Of a stretch of 64,000 nucleotides of DNA, positions 49,154 through 62,600 are shown one piece after another. Origin of the DNA: Ptychomitrium polyphyllum. Lineage: Eukaryota. The notes beneath the pieces were generated by a model that did no database searches, was not told where the DNA came from, and saw nothing but the letters and a program-made list of their open reading frames with translations. Numbering within the stretch: the first letter of the stretch is position 1; each line of letters starts with the position of its first letter. The translations under genes were made by a program, and so were the position numbers. Location of the stretch: the NCBI GenBank assembly GCA_973851085.1, contig OZ316775.1, positions 17,174,001 through 17,238,000 of the forward strand. The letters run 5' to 3'.

Positions 49154-50818
49154 GCTGCGGACAATCACATATCGTGAGAAAATTTACGAGAAAAGCTATC
49201 GCACGGTTAATACTGGAAACCAGTTTGAGGATTAGTGTTTCCACTACGCATGAAAGAACTATCGTTTGTCAAGCATACGCAACATAACTTACTCACCAGT
49301 TGCTGGAGATTGCTCAAGTTGCTACAATCCAATGAATCTAATACATGGAGCAATATGTAACATTCAATTAATGCCCCTCTAATGCAGATAGTTGCTGACA
49401 ACTCTTTTCTATCTCTCTCATGAAGCTACAGTATTTGCAGCTGCAAATGATAGCAAATTTGCAGACATCTTTATCCAACTCATTGTCATCGTTTATATAG
49501 GACTATTCAGAAAGTAAACTACAGTAAAAGTGCTCTTCAAAATTTTGTTATTTAGAGTTTTCAATAATGCCACAGGGTCTTAGCAAATCCATCAAGTCTC
49601 TTAGGTGGCATTCAGCTCATCATCACCATACCCAGCAATCTCGTAGTTGGCAACGGTGATGAAAAGTAAATTGCTTAGACATGATCCTACTTGTGCATCT
49701 TTACAGACGCCTAAATTAGCTATTCGCTTAATCAACTAACTAAATTTTGTACTCATAGAAATACTTCAACACTATTAACTTACAGGGCCTTTGCACATAG
49801 GAGGTTAAAATGTGTCTTATTGCTGGTCTGCCTGCTCAAGTTAAAATGCTCCAGGCAGCACTATACAATGTACGCAAGTAGTAACATATGGATACATCAA
49901 TACGAGTTCTCTCATTTTACAAGAAAACTACTATGTTTAGATATCATTCCAGCTTTCTTGTGACTTATCGAAATAGCTTTCAAAATGTGTATGGCATTGG
50001 AGAAACAACTGCATCACAAATGTCACCTGAATCAAGTGGCAGACAATGGCTCATCGTCACCATACCCAGTATAAATCTCATCAAAAGGAAAGGCTGATAG
50101 CAAGTATCTGAATGTAAACCTCACTCATTGCTGAATTTTTTTCTAGCAGGTACACACTTTGCCAGTCCATCACACATTTAACGGGAAACAGATACATTTG
50201 CATCTATCTGAGCAAGCTTAGTAAGCATACAACAGAAGTAATTTAGTACAAAACCGACAAAACAGCATTCTGAGCACACAGAACTAATCAGACGAAAAGT
50301 CTGGCAAATAGTGATTAAAAGAGAAATTGGAAAGTAAATAATGTAACAAACAATATCGGATTCAGCAGTATTCTTACATTCTTCTACAGATTTCCCCAAA
50401 CCACTACCGGCACGCATCCTCGACGACGAACAGAAACGTTCAAGATGAGTTCTGCCTCTGGAAAATGAAATACTAAAATTCTCATTCTGACATTCTGTAC
50501 AAGTAGCGAAAACTACATATTCGATCACCATGTAACTTGCAGAATCGAAGAATGAGAAACATTGAGTTGTACAGCATCATCACAACGAAGCCACTCTCAA
50601 CACCTTCCGTCCTTCTACCAGCAACGGCATTCTAAACTAGAAATCTGTACACACTTGACGAGCTCAAATGGTTCTTGAAGACCTGTATAGTCCACACTGC
50701 CGCATTGCAGAAACAATTAAATCCACGATATTCTTCGCGCAAACGCAAGCCGGTGAAATTACAAATCGAAGCTCGGATCGCCAAGACCTGTAAAACGTGC
50801 ACGACGTTGCGACTACCA

Positions 50819-51025
50819 TCAGTGACTCGCCTTCTCAGCCACGGCCGCCGCCTCCCGCCGCAGCTCCTTGACAACGGCAGCCAGAGCTTCAGGGTTGACG
50901 CCGTGCTGGCAGAGCGCCACCAAAATTGCAAGCGTCTGGCGGTCCAGGCCGGCGCCCAGCAGGTTGGACATCATGTGCACGATATCGAGCGACTCGCGCG
51001 CCCTCTGCATCGCCACGCCGTCCAT
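50819..51025 (-). CDS. MZT1: Mitotic-spindle organizing protein 1 (MOZART1 / GCP3-interacting protein), 68 aa
   Basis: MDGVAMQRARESLDIVHMMSNLLGAGLDRQTLAILVALCQHGVNPEALAAVVKELRRE matches the plant GIP1/MZT1 signature. Intronless CDS with a telo-box at 51082-51090. An upstream in-frame ATG exists at 51202. Confidence 0.95.
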   Translation of the reverse strand: MDGVAMQRARESLDIVHMMSNLLGAGLDRQTLAILVALCQHGVNPEALAAVVKELRREAAAVAEKASH

Positions 51026-51559
51026 CTCCGCAGCCGCTCGAAGAAACTCGCCGTGCGCTCCTCCCGCAACGATGGACCTCGAAACCCTAAGTGACAGCTC
51101 GCCCGTGCTTCTCGTCTCTTGCTCATTCGCGCCAGCGCCTCCGTTTGCACTCTCTGGCATCACGCCATGCCTGCCTGCGTACGCTGCACCTAAATCCGGC
51201 ATTGTTTCTCTACTTCCTAGACTATCATGGCGCTACTGTTCGTGTTTATTACCTGTTGCTGGTTTTGGGCACAGTGACGGTTTTGAATGTGAATCTTATT
51301 CTGGAAGTCTGCGACCGTCCTAGAGTAACCGTCCAAGTATTGAAATATAACAGGAAGTCGCTAATTCAAAGCTCACAATAACATACAACAATACATTCAT
51401 ACATAAATTTATGACAACATTAACAATTGTAATTAAAAATATTTAATAATAATAATTGCATAATTCAATATTAAATATTAACAATTGCATTAACAATATT
51501 GAATAATTCAAAATAACAAAACAACATAAAAGATATTTATTCTTAATAATGTGAGCAAA

Positions 51560-52097
51560 GGCTCTTTTGCTAACTAAGAAGAATCTATACTTATTTACAA
51601 TAAAAACTAAAACTTAATTGTATCATTAAAAAATCCTATTTTTTATAAAAGGATGAAACATATGAAAATTGACCACCATTTCATTTGTAAAAAGATTAAT
51701 ACTAATATTTTGAAGATTGAATTTTGTCCTATAGAAGACATGATAATATATATTCTTACAAAAAGTCTTTTAAATACTAAATAAACAAAATTTAAGATAG
51801 CTATGGAGTTAATTTAGAATCCTAATAGATGAATATTTCTTTGAATAGAAGTATTAGATATATAAATTGAATTCAATTATCTATAAATGATAATCTTTTA
51901 ACAAATAAAAATGCTTAATAAATGATAAAAGATATTAGAAACATTTTACATCTTTTATTTTAGAAGTATTGCATAACTTTTAAAGAAGAAAAGATAGAAA
52001 GTTTACAACCATAACTCCTACATAAGAGAATTTAAAAAATAATATGGAAAATAATCTTAATAATTGTAGGAATGTAGCTTCAATCCAAAATACTTAA
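51560..52097 (+). mobile_element. Old copia 3' remnant (RNase H end, PPT, short LTR)
   Basis: KNPIFYKRMKHMKIDHHFICKK...FCPIEDMI..ILTKSL, followed by a tattaga...ttaaca LTR-like tail. Confidence 0.75.
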
Positions 52098-52832
52098 CAA
52101 CAAGACAAGGTGAAATAAGAAATGAGATCATGAATGAATCTTTACATGGAAAAAGTGCTGAGTATTCAAATAAATCTAATAGTTCTCTAATCTCTTGGCA
52201 TATATTTCTTCTGAATTGCAATTTCTTCGTACTGTAGTGAAGCTCTTCTGATTGAATATAAAAACTGGTCGTTCAACTTAATAGAAAGCACTAGGAGACA
52301 ATAGACTACAGGTGGGCCTCATGGGTATGGAGTTCATTACACTTCAAAAAATTTCCTATTTGTAAAACAAGGTGAAACATGTCTGTGCCGCCAGCGCTAT
52401 CGAATTTCGCTGAAAATTTGAACATCGCAGATCCCAAGGGTGATACCGATACAATACCTCGATAATACTCACACGATACTCGTGTGATATTATGACAATA
52501 CTAATAGTCACGCAGGCGGGTATCTCCAAGAAGGACGTGGGAGCAAGCTCAATCGAAGCTCCGAAGGATGGCTATGGTGGTGTGAAGGCGGAGATCGCCG
52601 ACGACGATGGTGCAGCTGTTGCGAAACCGATTCTTCTCCGTCGTCTTCACTTGAAACTGCTCTTTGCCGTAGAATATGCTACGAGAGCTTTTCTGTTGCT
52701 TGCGACCTCATCCTGTTGAACTCTGGAGTAGAGTTGACCACCGGAAGAGCAGCATTCTGTAACCCTAGTCTTGCGCTTTCCTGTGAGCTTTTTCTTTTCC
52801 ATTGAGCTCTGGTTGTTGCTCTGTCGTCGGCC

Positions 52833-52987
52833 ATGCCTCGGATGAAGCAGAAGCTTGATGAATCCGAAGGGCAGCAGTCCGGGGATAATGTGAAAACTGC
52901 AACGCCGACGCAGCCGCGCACCTCACGGGTAAGTATGAGTGCTGCACTTGATCTCTTGTTTTCGTAACTGTCGGCATTTCAGCTCTT

Positions 52988-53025
<38 letters not shown>

Positions 53026-56000
53026 TCAGTTGTGAAGTGCGGACGTACTGCGAAGTTTTTAGGTAGAGGATCAAAGATAATCAAATGTCTTTCAATTCCT
53101 TTTGAAATCTATTTGTGTGTTTGTAGCGTGTAAGACAGTCTGTGGAGGAAGAACTGACAAAATGCGATCTATGTTGCGGATGACGTGACATAGGACGAGC
53201 GTATTTGGTACATGTGCTCACTCGTTTGAATGCGTTTGTGATGTGCACAGCGGGTTACGAGAAGCACGGCCCATGTGCCATCGCCTTCCTCGGTACTCAC
53301 TCCTCACCTCCGTCTTTCTATAGTTGTCAGCTGCTTGTTATTGGATTTTATTTAGCGTTTTTGTACTTTTTCTTTAATCTATTCACCGAGGGAATTCAAT
53401 TTTAGGAGGTCATTCCTAAGAAACAGAACACAGCGTCGTTCAATGCAACTTCGAGCCACAGGGATGAGGAAGGAGGGAAGGAGCGGAGAGTTATGGGACC
53501 CTCCCTTATGATGAATGTCCTTGCTCTTGCTGACACCGTTGGTGTCAAGAAGGGCTTGTATGTTGACGCCGATCGTGAGTGTTTCTTCTTTATTCCTCTG
53601 ATAATATAATTCGTTTTTCATCATAGTTGGTTAATTGTTAATTAAGGTGTAAATTAATCTCGTGACTTCATGCACAGAGTTGTTGTTTCTAGACACTATT
53701 CGAGTGTTGGCTGTTGTACCAGACGTTGCTGTGATTCCAACAAAGTACGTTATCAACCGCCGACTCTATGCTGGTTTTGGAATTGCGCGTTTGCTCTTAT
53801 TATTTTTTCTTTTTGAGATAGCGAGTTGCTGTTGATGCAGATTGCTTTGCTGGGTATGCATGGTTGTGTGGGCTTATCCTACTCTGTTAGTGTAGTCTTT
53901 GAAGGTTGCACAACGTGAAACCAAATGAATCACTACTTTCCCATGAGGCTTTGGCTTAATTACTCAGGTGCTTTCACTCTTCATTTGGATTGTAGGGAGA
54001 TTTATGAAAAAATCTTGTCCGGAATACAGGAGACAAGGTCGGTGCGAGTGACAGTGGCTAGTTTCCGCTTGCTTCATGACCTCGACTTGGTTAGTATCTT
54101 CTCAATCTGAACAGAACGGGCATCTCCTTGCTATAAACTGATGTAATGTGATGGGATCGCTGCTTCTGATTGGGACTTAAAGTCTTTAAGCTACTCATTA
54201 AGTTTTAGAAGTGCTTTTTTGCAGCGTCATCCGCAAGTCAACTTGATTTGTAATGGAACCGAGGAAAAGAAATTGTACGAGTTTGTAGACAACAAGGTAA
54301 CATGAGGTTTTTGTTTGATGTTGCATTTTTTGAAATCTTTTGTTGCTATCACCCGCTCTGCATCTTTTTCCAGATTGATCTATACTTTTTTCTTAACGGT
54401 CGGGATATAGTCCTTCATTATATAATGTTTTTGGTGGAGTGATTCAAATTGGTAGGAGCAAGTGTGGTCGCCTTTCGAATCTGCAACGCAGAAATCTGAG
54501 AAATCAACAAAAGTTAGCAAGGTATGTGCTCGAGTGCGTACAGATCCACTAATTTTATTACATAGTTTGATGAGAAATTTGCTTGCTTTTTGTGGGTCAG
54601 AATATGCACGACCTTTAACCTAATTTTGAAGTTGTGCTTTATGGCTGAATCAGATTTTAAAATATGTTGGGGGGAACTGTAGGACCTCTATTTGTTGCTA
54701 GGTAACATTGCCGACGACCTAGAAGGAGAGAAAACCTCAAAGGAAACCTCAAAGAAGAGGGGAGTCAGCGATTTTGCTCCTAGAAATGAAGACCCACATA
54801 ATGTAAGTTGTCTAGTTTTTGGAGCCATGTCTAAACTTGTTCGTGGCGACCTTCCTTTTGAACTGTTCTCAGCAATGTCGTGCCTAATGGCATATTAAAT
54901 GCTTATTCATGGCTGCTGAGAAAACCAACGTATTCTTGGCAGAGACTGGTGCAGTTTCAAATGCTACGGTGGTTAGTCAATCTTCTTTACTCTGACTTTC
55001 AAGTGCGACAGCAGGCATTTCAAGGTTCTAAGATCTCTTGCAGACTATGTTTGTAGCCTGATGCTGTAGTCGTGAAGTAGACTTAATCATGGCTACATGT
55101 GAATAAAAAGCTCATACTAAATACCAAATATGAATAATTGCTGTTTAAATTACCGCTCGTTCTTTAGCTCCCCCTTCAGTCCTTTACAATGTGTAGGCCA
55201 GTTTTATATCTGTATCATCCTTCCAGTAGTTGAATCAACTCTTTATTGTATTTTGTAGTGTCCTGACATACCGCCGAGTGGCTGAGTTAACTATTCTAGT
55301 TTTCTTAAGATTGTAGGCGTAGGTTGGCAAAGGGCATGCAAGAGTGCTGAGCTAATCACTTCTTCCTTTTGTGCAGAAAATCCAGAGAAATTGGATTTGG
55401 TGCAAGAATCACAGATAATACGTTTTTTGATGGTTCGTGCCTCAGTTCTCCTGCTTTTCTGAATTGACTTCCATACATTGCTAACAAATAACTATGGACA
55501 TAATTTATTGAGTGACCTGTGAGCAAATCAATGAATTAGAAGTGTTCTAACTGGTTTTGCTGTAGATGGTTGTCCCTTTGAAATGTAATTTAAGAACATT
55601 GAGAGCGTCAGTTGAGCCGTACTCTCTCACTGTTAAAATAATGTTTGCATCTGGAAGCTTCAAAAGTTATTTGCCTGATGCAGAGACAAGATAATTCGAA
55701 AATCAAGGAACTATTAAGAAATCTGCTGCGTATAATAGCTAAGTCTGGTGAGCTAGATGATTTGAAAGGTGGAACTCGAAAGGCGCTGAAGACGGAAGTA
55801 GTAAGAGATGAAATAGAATCACTTGATACAAGAACTAACGCTATAGCATCAGAGGCTCCGTCTGTTTGTTCTAGCCCCGCATTCTTTGTCACAGAGACGG
55901 ATTTTGCCTACCTGGCGGCAACTCTTCTCTCTATGGTAAATGAAGATTATCGCTCTTTGCTTTCATGCCCAGCTGTTCCTCAAACCCCTGTATACGTGCA

Positions 56001-57586
56001 GTCATATACAAGCATTTTCAGTGTCTCCGTAGTGTAATGTTCTTCCTCAAGTCAGAGCTATCTAGTATCTTAAAATGCTTTAGTTTTCCTTATTTTCCAC
56101 TTATTATGCAGTTTTACTGTGACAGTATCTCGTAACAGCCTGTGGTTACAACTTGCAAGCCACACCTCTGACAATGTCTAGAAACAGTTGGATCTTATTG
56201 CCAAAATTACATTGATTTCCATTATGTGGAATACATTGAATAATCATGTGTTCTCAGAATTCTTACTGGAAAGGTAGTTTTGGGTGACAGATTCTTGAAT
56301 TAGAGGATATCAAAGCTTTAGGCGATAACAAATTTGGGGCTTCGAGGAATGCGGTCTTAATGTAAGGATATAAATATCTGGTTCTGGTCTTATAGATGCT
56401 AAGCACTTTGATGAAGAGGTAATTCTTGTCAATTGTGAATATATGAGATTATTGAACTTTTGTGACTTGGCTGGCATTCAAACAGAGGGAGCTTTGTGGA
56501 GGCTGTGATGGGTATTTTGCAGTATGGCAAGGCGTATCTTTGTCCTCTTCTTTTGGTACAAGTTTCACCCACCTTAATATAGTTTTTCTATTGTGATTTA
56601 TGACTTTTTTTTGGTGGAATATCTGGTACTTAGTAAAGCCAATGAGGTTTTCTGGAACGTACTATGGATTTTTGCATTCATGAGAAGCAGGCACTGATTG
56701 CCCAATTTCAACGAAGATGTAAATTGGCTGACTAAGCATTTAATCTTGTGATCTAGTAACAGACTCGGCATCATGAGGAATCAGGATCCGAGCATGCTTG
56801 CTGTGGGATTAAGATATTCGTTGTGGTGTATTGCAGACACTGAAAAATCCGCAGCTGAAGTTCAAACTGATCCTGAAGTGCTTCGTCACTCATGCTCCAG
56901 GGGTATAGTGAGCTTGTCTGTTACATTTTTAATTTGAGTTAAAAAAAAGTGCTCTGGATCATGCTTCATCTATCTCTGCAATATGTGTTGAGATTTGGGT
57001 TCTACACCATTATAATTTCTCTGTTTTGAGAATGATGAGGTATTGGTTTCAGAAAACTAAGGATGAACTCCGTGAGATCTCTACTGCAAAAGAATTATTT
57101 GATTGCATATCGAATGTGAAAGCTTTGCACAAAAGCTTCTACCCTCACGAACTACAGGTTCTACTTGCGAGTGCGTTTCAGGTATGTTCTGTAGTCCTAG
57201 TGCACGTTGTTTATCAAATCTTTCAAATGGTTTTAGATGCACGTCCTATGAGGTTGGTGTTGACGTGACTGTATATTTTCTCCTTTACAAGGTCTTTCTG
57301 GAAACACATTCAAGTGATGATGCACCCTTGCGAGAAGTTTGCAGATCATTTCAAGCAGCATTTGATCATCTGGATGTGAAGATGTGAGCATACTACAATC
57401 CTGTAGATTAATTTTGGTTTTACTTGTACATGTTCCGGATTGTGACCATGTTTGATTGTGACCAGTATTAAAAGCTTTCCGATGGTACTGATCGACATGG
57501 CTATATGTTGCTGCAGGGATTATAAAGAGATGCATCATACTGCACGATGTGCTTTGGTGATGGCGCATGCTCTTATTAACTCATGA
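52833..57586 (+). CDS. SNI1: SNI1 / NSE6-like subunit of the SMC5/6 complex, 16 exons, ~523 aa
   Basis: Manually built GT-AG exons with compatible phases: 52833-52928, 53406-53574, 53678-53744, 53996-54089, 54225-54296, 54456-54521, 54683-54802, 54943-55024, 55377-55432, 55684-55935, 56291-56361, 56486-56555, 56837-56902, 57053-57181, 57292-57383, 57517-57586 (1572 nt). Peptides SLMMNVLALADTVGVK, LLFLDTIR..IPT, IYEKIL..VTVASFRLL, VWSPF, WLVNLLYSDF and ILELE follow the motif order of Arabidopsis SNI1 as I recall it. The first exon is least certain. Confidence 0.85.
52992..53024. repeat. (TG)16 microsatellite in SNI1 intron 1
   Basis: Direct reading. Confidence 0.95.
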
Positions 57587-58975
57587 GGAATGTAGAAGTG
57601 CCATTTAAATACTATTTGATACAAGATCATCCGTGTAAGATGACCATGGCGCAAGTTTAATTGCATCAGACCTGTTATTTTTACTTTTCTGTACATACTG
57701 TTAGGAAGGCAGTGTCTGATAAGCTATAATGTCAGATGAAGTCTAAGATGACGTGTTTAATGCGTAGCATTTTTAATGGTCAAGAATTCATAATTAGGTC
57801 TTTCCAGGATTTTGACTTTTTCCCTCAGTACGTTCTACAGATTTAGCTCTCTCTTGAGCTTCTCGTTTTTGTGCAGGCGCTCTCGCAACATGTGCACGCT
57901 GGGCATGTGGTTGACACTCACCTTGTGCAGGCTGCAAACAAAGGCCATGTGCTAAACGGTGAGCTGAACACCACATGTGCTTGTAGTAGATGCTAAAGTT
58001 TATTTTAAAAACAAGACAGCTTGAAGTTAGAATTATATTTCAATTTATAAATTTTAGAAATCTTGTGAATCTAGGTAGTAGGCACATGAGTTTCAGGTAA
58101 TTTTGCAGCCTTGGAATGTAAAACCCATTTCCGTTCTGGAATGAGCAAGGAAGGTACATTCTTGGATCCCTTCCATTCCAATTTGAAAAGAACAAATACG
58201 CAATGAGCTGCTCAGGTGATGAATTTGACATTAGGCACCTCAATAGAGTTTTTTGAAAACTCAGTCTTGTCACTCAAAGATATGAGTTTGTTCTTGATTT
58301 GTTCTGATGAAAGAACACTTCTAACTCAAGATTCTTGGTGAATATGCCAAAGTTGGATGAAACTTGGTAGTGTTGTAATATGTTCCAATTATAGATACAT
58401 ATGAGGTGATGAAAGAAATGAAATCATGTGAGTCTCGTTGAGAAAATGGTCAAATTCTCAAATAACTTTTAATCTTGCAGAAACATAAATATTGATTTGA
58501 AGCAATATATATTAATATAGCAAATTAATGGTGTGAATTTTAAATTGTGAAATTGGGAAAAGAATAATGATAAATTTTTATAAAGAATAAGTGCTTCTAT
58601 GAGGACTTTGATTCTTCCATATATCCAAAATGTAGATGTCTGAAAGCTACATGGTTAAAATTTGGTATTTATTGACGCAATCAATATTACATTAAACAAT
58701 ACTATATTAAATAAATATATACATGAATGAATATTAGAACCACCAATTTGTTGTCTAAATGGAATGTTGAATCATGGACAATATTAATATATTCTACAAA
58801 AAAAATGGAACATGTGATTTTTTATTTTCCCTCTCATATATTGTTGTGTGCAAAATTATAATTAAAAAGAAATTGTTCATACTCTTTTAAGGATTTTTGT
58901 TCATGTGATATTGTAATATTTTTGTTAATGCTCAGATGGAGTAGCTTTGTATTTGGCCTAAAGAGTTGAATGTTG

Positions 58976-59036
58976 GTTGCATTAATAAGTTTCTTTGATA
59001 GTTGCATTAATAAGTTTCTTTGATAGTTGCATTAAT
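58976..59036. repeat. 25-bp tandem repeat gttgcattaataagtttctttgata x2.4
   Basis: Direct reading. Confidence 0.85.
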
Positions 59037-59642
59037 TTGGATGCAAGCCATTTTTTGACATTACACTCTTTTGCTAGAGGTTCAAAGATTTAATTATGTA
59101 AAGAGTGCAATTTGTTGAATTTGTTAAATTTGTTGGTTTTGATTTTATTCCAAAGTAGTGATATTCTATAATAAATAATGTTCTTAGAATACATATTGTA
59201 TGATTTTTATAAAAAGTAATATGATTTTCAAAAGTATTGGATTTTTTAGTAAATATTGGATTGCCAAGTCCATGAAAAAACACCTCCATTTATTGAAATT
59301 GAAGCTTTAGATTTTGAGCATAATTGTTATTTAACCAATGAATGTCATGATCAAAAATTGAAACCATGATTTCATCAAGATGAAAGCATTTATTTATAAT
59401 ATGACCATTCAAACATCACTAAGAATTCCTGTTACAGTAAAGACCAAGTCAAGCACTATCAACGCGTATATAATTATTGTATTAATTTTGTTAAAAAGAT
59501 TGGAAGTCAATTTCAGTTTTAAGAATTTGTAAAATTTGTTGCACTTATAAAACGAAAAAGCATTATTATAGAATTGATGTAACTTTAATTCTATCAATTT
59601 AAAAAATTAATTAATTTTCCTATTTTAAAATTATGGCATAAT

Positions 59643-62600
59643 TGTCCAAAACATAGATCATGCAATATAGTTTTTAGAACCTTCTAGAACCTTATGGCAT
59701 AATGTGGTAGCTTTTAAAAATATTCTCAATACTTCCATAGGCGTTCAACTTCCTTGGCAAATTTCTTAGGAAGATTCCACTCCTTTAAGAAATTTCTTAG
59801 GAAGGTTCCACAATTTTGAAAAACTTCCTAAGAAGGTTCTACTTCTTTGTAAAATTTCTTAGGAGGATTTCATCTCTTTGAGGAACTTCTTGGGAAGATT
59901 CTATAGACTTTTTGAACATTCTTAAGCCTCATTAGAAGCTTCTTTAGAAGTATTCAAAAAGATACAAGTATCATAGTATAAATAGGAGGCAAGATAAGAT
60001 ATACTTTAGTCTTGTCAATACAAATTATGGATCATATTGTAGCGTGCCTCTGTTCTTATCTTTGTATTAAATTCTTATTAATCATTAGCTCTTTGGAAGT
60101 TGACTCTTGGAAACCACTTTGTGTTTGTTTCTTGTTTTTTGTATTCCTAATAGTTTGGCTAGATTACTCTTCTTCATTGTCAGAGCTAAGGTTCTTTGAA
60201 AAAGATAGTAGATTATTATTTTTGTTTTTAGAATTCCATAGCATCTTGGAAGTTGCAGATTACCCTCCTCTAAGCTGACACCGAAAGTTCATTTCTCCTT
60301 CTAAAAAGTAAGTGCTTCTTCTTTTGAAAAAGAGTCAATCTTCAAAATTTTGCAGATTATCTTTTTTTGAAGATATTCATAGTCTTCACTACTTTGACAA
60401 TTTTCAAAATCGATAACCTGCTTAGAACATCAAAGAATAGGTTTGCAACTAATGCAAACCTTCAAGAATTATTGAATACAATTTAAATAGAACTTTCTTG
60501 TTTCAACACCACCAACAATTTAGAGCACTACACTCATCAAGTTGAAGAATCCAATGGCAATATTTAAAGTTTATATCAAGAAGTTGTTCAATTGCCAATA
60601 TTAGAAGAGAAGTCTTTCATCAAAACCATACAGAGCCAAAGATTAGTATGCCAAATAAGTCTGATGGATGAAGATCAAAGTTGAGAGGTTTTATTCAATA
60701 AAGAAGGATCTTCTTTAGTTTGCATCAATTATTGAAAAAATGCAACAAAGCTAGTACAACAAGCAAGAAGAACAAACAAAGTTGCAACAAGAGAAGTGTG
60801 GAGCAAAATGACTCCCACTTCTAAAATCCTTTACTTATACTTCAAAGTCATCTACTAATGTATGCCACTTGGCGGCCATGCATTTGCCTCCACTAATGAG
60901 TGCCATGTAGCGGCCAATTCTAGCCGCTGTAGCCGCCACCCTAATCCTAATGGCTGCCTTAACCTTAGCCGGCATACAAAACCAGGGTTGCTTTCTCTTA
61001 ATTCTAACCTCCATATCCTCTATGGCCTCTTCCATAACATCCCTTTGACCATTAGCAACCTATTAAGCTCTAGTCTTATACAAGAAAATTTCAACTAGGA
61101 TCATTTTATATATTCCACCTTTTTCAACACCAATCTCACTATTTTGATGGCATTACTCAAGTGGGATTTGTAGCCACTCTTCAATGAAAAATTGCACTAT
61201 TGTAATTTGTACCATTCATGAAGAAGCAGTCACCAATATTAAACAATTTGGATGCTTTTATAAAAGCATTGACATCTATCTTTGGAGACATTGACAGAGA
61301 GAGGGTGGCTGAAATAAGGATCCAAAGTTTACAACAAGGACAACGCTCAGCTGCTACATATGCTGCAAAGTTTTGACAACTAGCATGCAGCCTTGATTGG
61401 AATGATAAGGCCTTGGTCACACAATTTTGATGGAGCTTGAGAGACAATGTAAAGAACTTGCTATTTATAATACCAAGGCTTGAAACGTTGGACGAATTCA
61501 TCACTCAAGAAATAGTATGTGATTATAAATTATTTGAAACGTGCCAAGAATAATGTTTGGGATGGTAATTTGTACATAAAGATATGGCAATCACTTCTTC
61601 AAAAGTATCAGAAAGCTGACCATAAGGACTAAAACCTATGCAAATTCATGTTGCCCAATTTAGACGGTTGATTTCCAAAGAAAAAGAGAGGCGTTGAAGA
61701 AGAAACCTATATTTTTATTGTGGCGAGTCTGAACATAAAGTGCGCGATTGCCAAATTAAAGGATTTGCTTTTGAGGCTCAAATCACAATGGTAGATTTGA
61801 AAAACAAGGCTGTTTAGTTACAGTAGGAACCATACAATTGGATACCACAAGGAAATAATCATCAAATCAAAGTCTTTTACTATCTCCAACTCCTACTTCA
61901 TACTTTACATTTCTTATCAAAATCAATTTAATAGATGATGAAATAATTAATGAAGCTTGTTTGGACACTTATGCAACAACATGCTTCATGAACAAGGAAT
62001 TTGCAACAAAACATCACATAGTGCTTGTGAACAAAAAACATCCCACACCTGTTGAAATTATTAATGGATAATTTCTTGCATCTAGCAATGAAATTAAAAA
62101 AACTTAATCCTTGGAGGTTGTTTTATGAGACCAAGCATCTAAGATTGTATTCAACATCATTCAATGCCAAAAAACTCCTATTGTCTTGGACCTTCATTGG
62201 TTTGAATTACATAATCTAAACATTAATTTGCACTTACAAAGTATGGACTCAAGAAAAAGATGTCTAAATACAAGAAAAATTGAACCATCATTAATGGAAC
62301 TAAGATATTCATAGAGCGGCAAAGCATAAACTAATATATGCCATTTATGCTACACCAATGTCTAGTTGTACATTAGAGGCTAATTAGGGTATGCTTCATC
62401 AATATCAAGATTATAAAGATGTTTTTGAAAAGAAGAATGTACACATATTACCAAAGCATCGGCCTTACAATTGTGCCATTGATTTGCTAGAAGGAGCCCA
62501 ACCATCTTTTGGACCTATCTATTATCTATTGCAAACCGAGTTAATTACTTTGAAAGAATATATTGATGAAAACTTCAAAAAGGGCTTCATCCAACATTCT

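Noticed and set aside
50675..51323. Plus-strand ORFs of 139 and 151 aa
   Set aside because: Antisense shadows of the GC-rich MZT1 gene with no recognisable motifs.
52459..52477. 8-bp-stem hairpin tcacacga-tac-tcgtgtga upstream of SNI1
   Set aside because: Too short to distinguish from chance, with no Helitron CTRR end or miRNA-sized stem.
57026..57387. ORF-track stop at 57387 as the end of the SNI1 protein
   Set aside because: A GT donor at 57384 splices in phase to a final exon 57517-57586 that resembles the SNI1 C-terminus.
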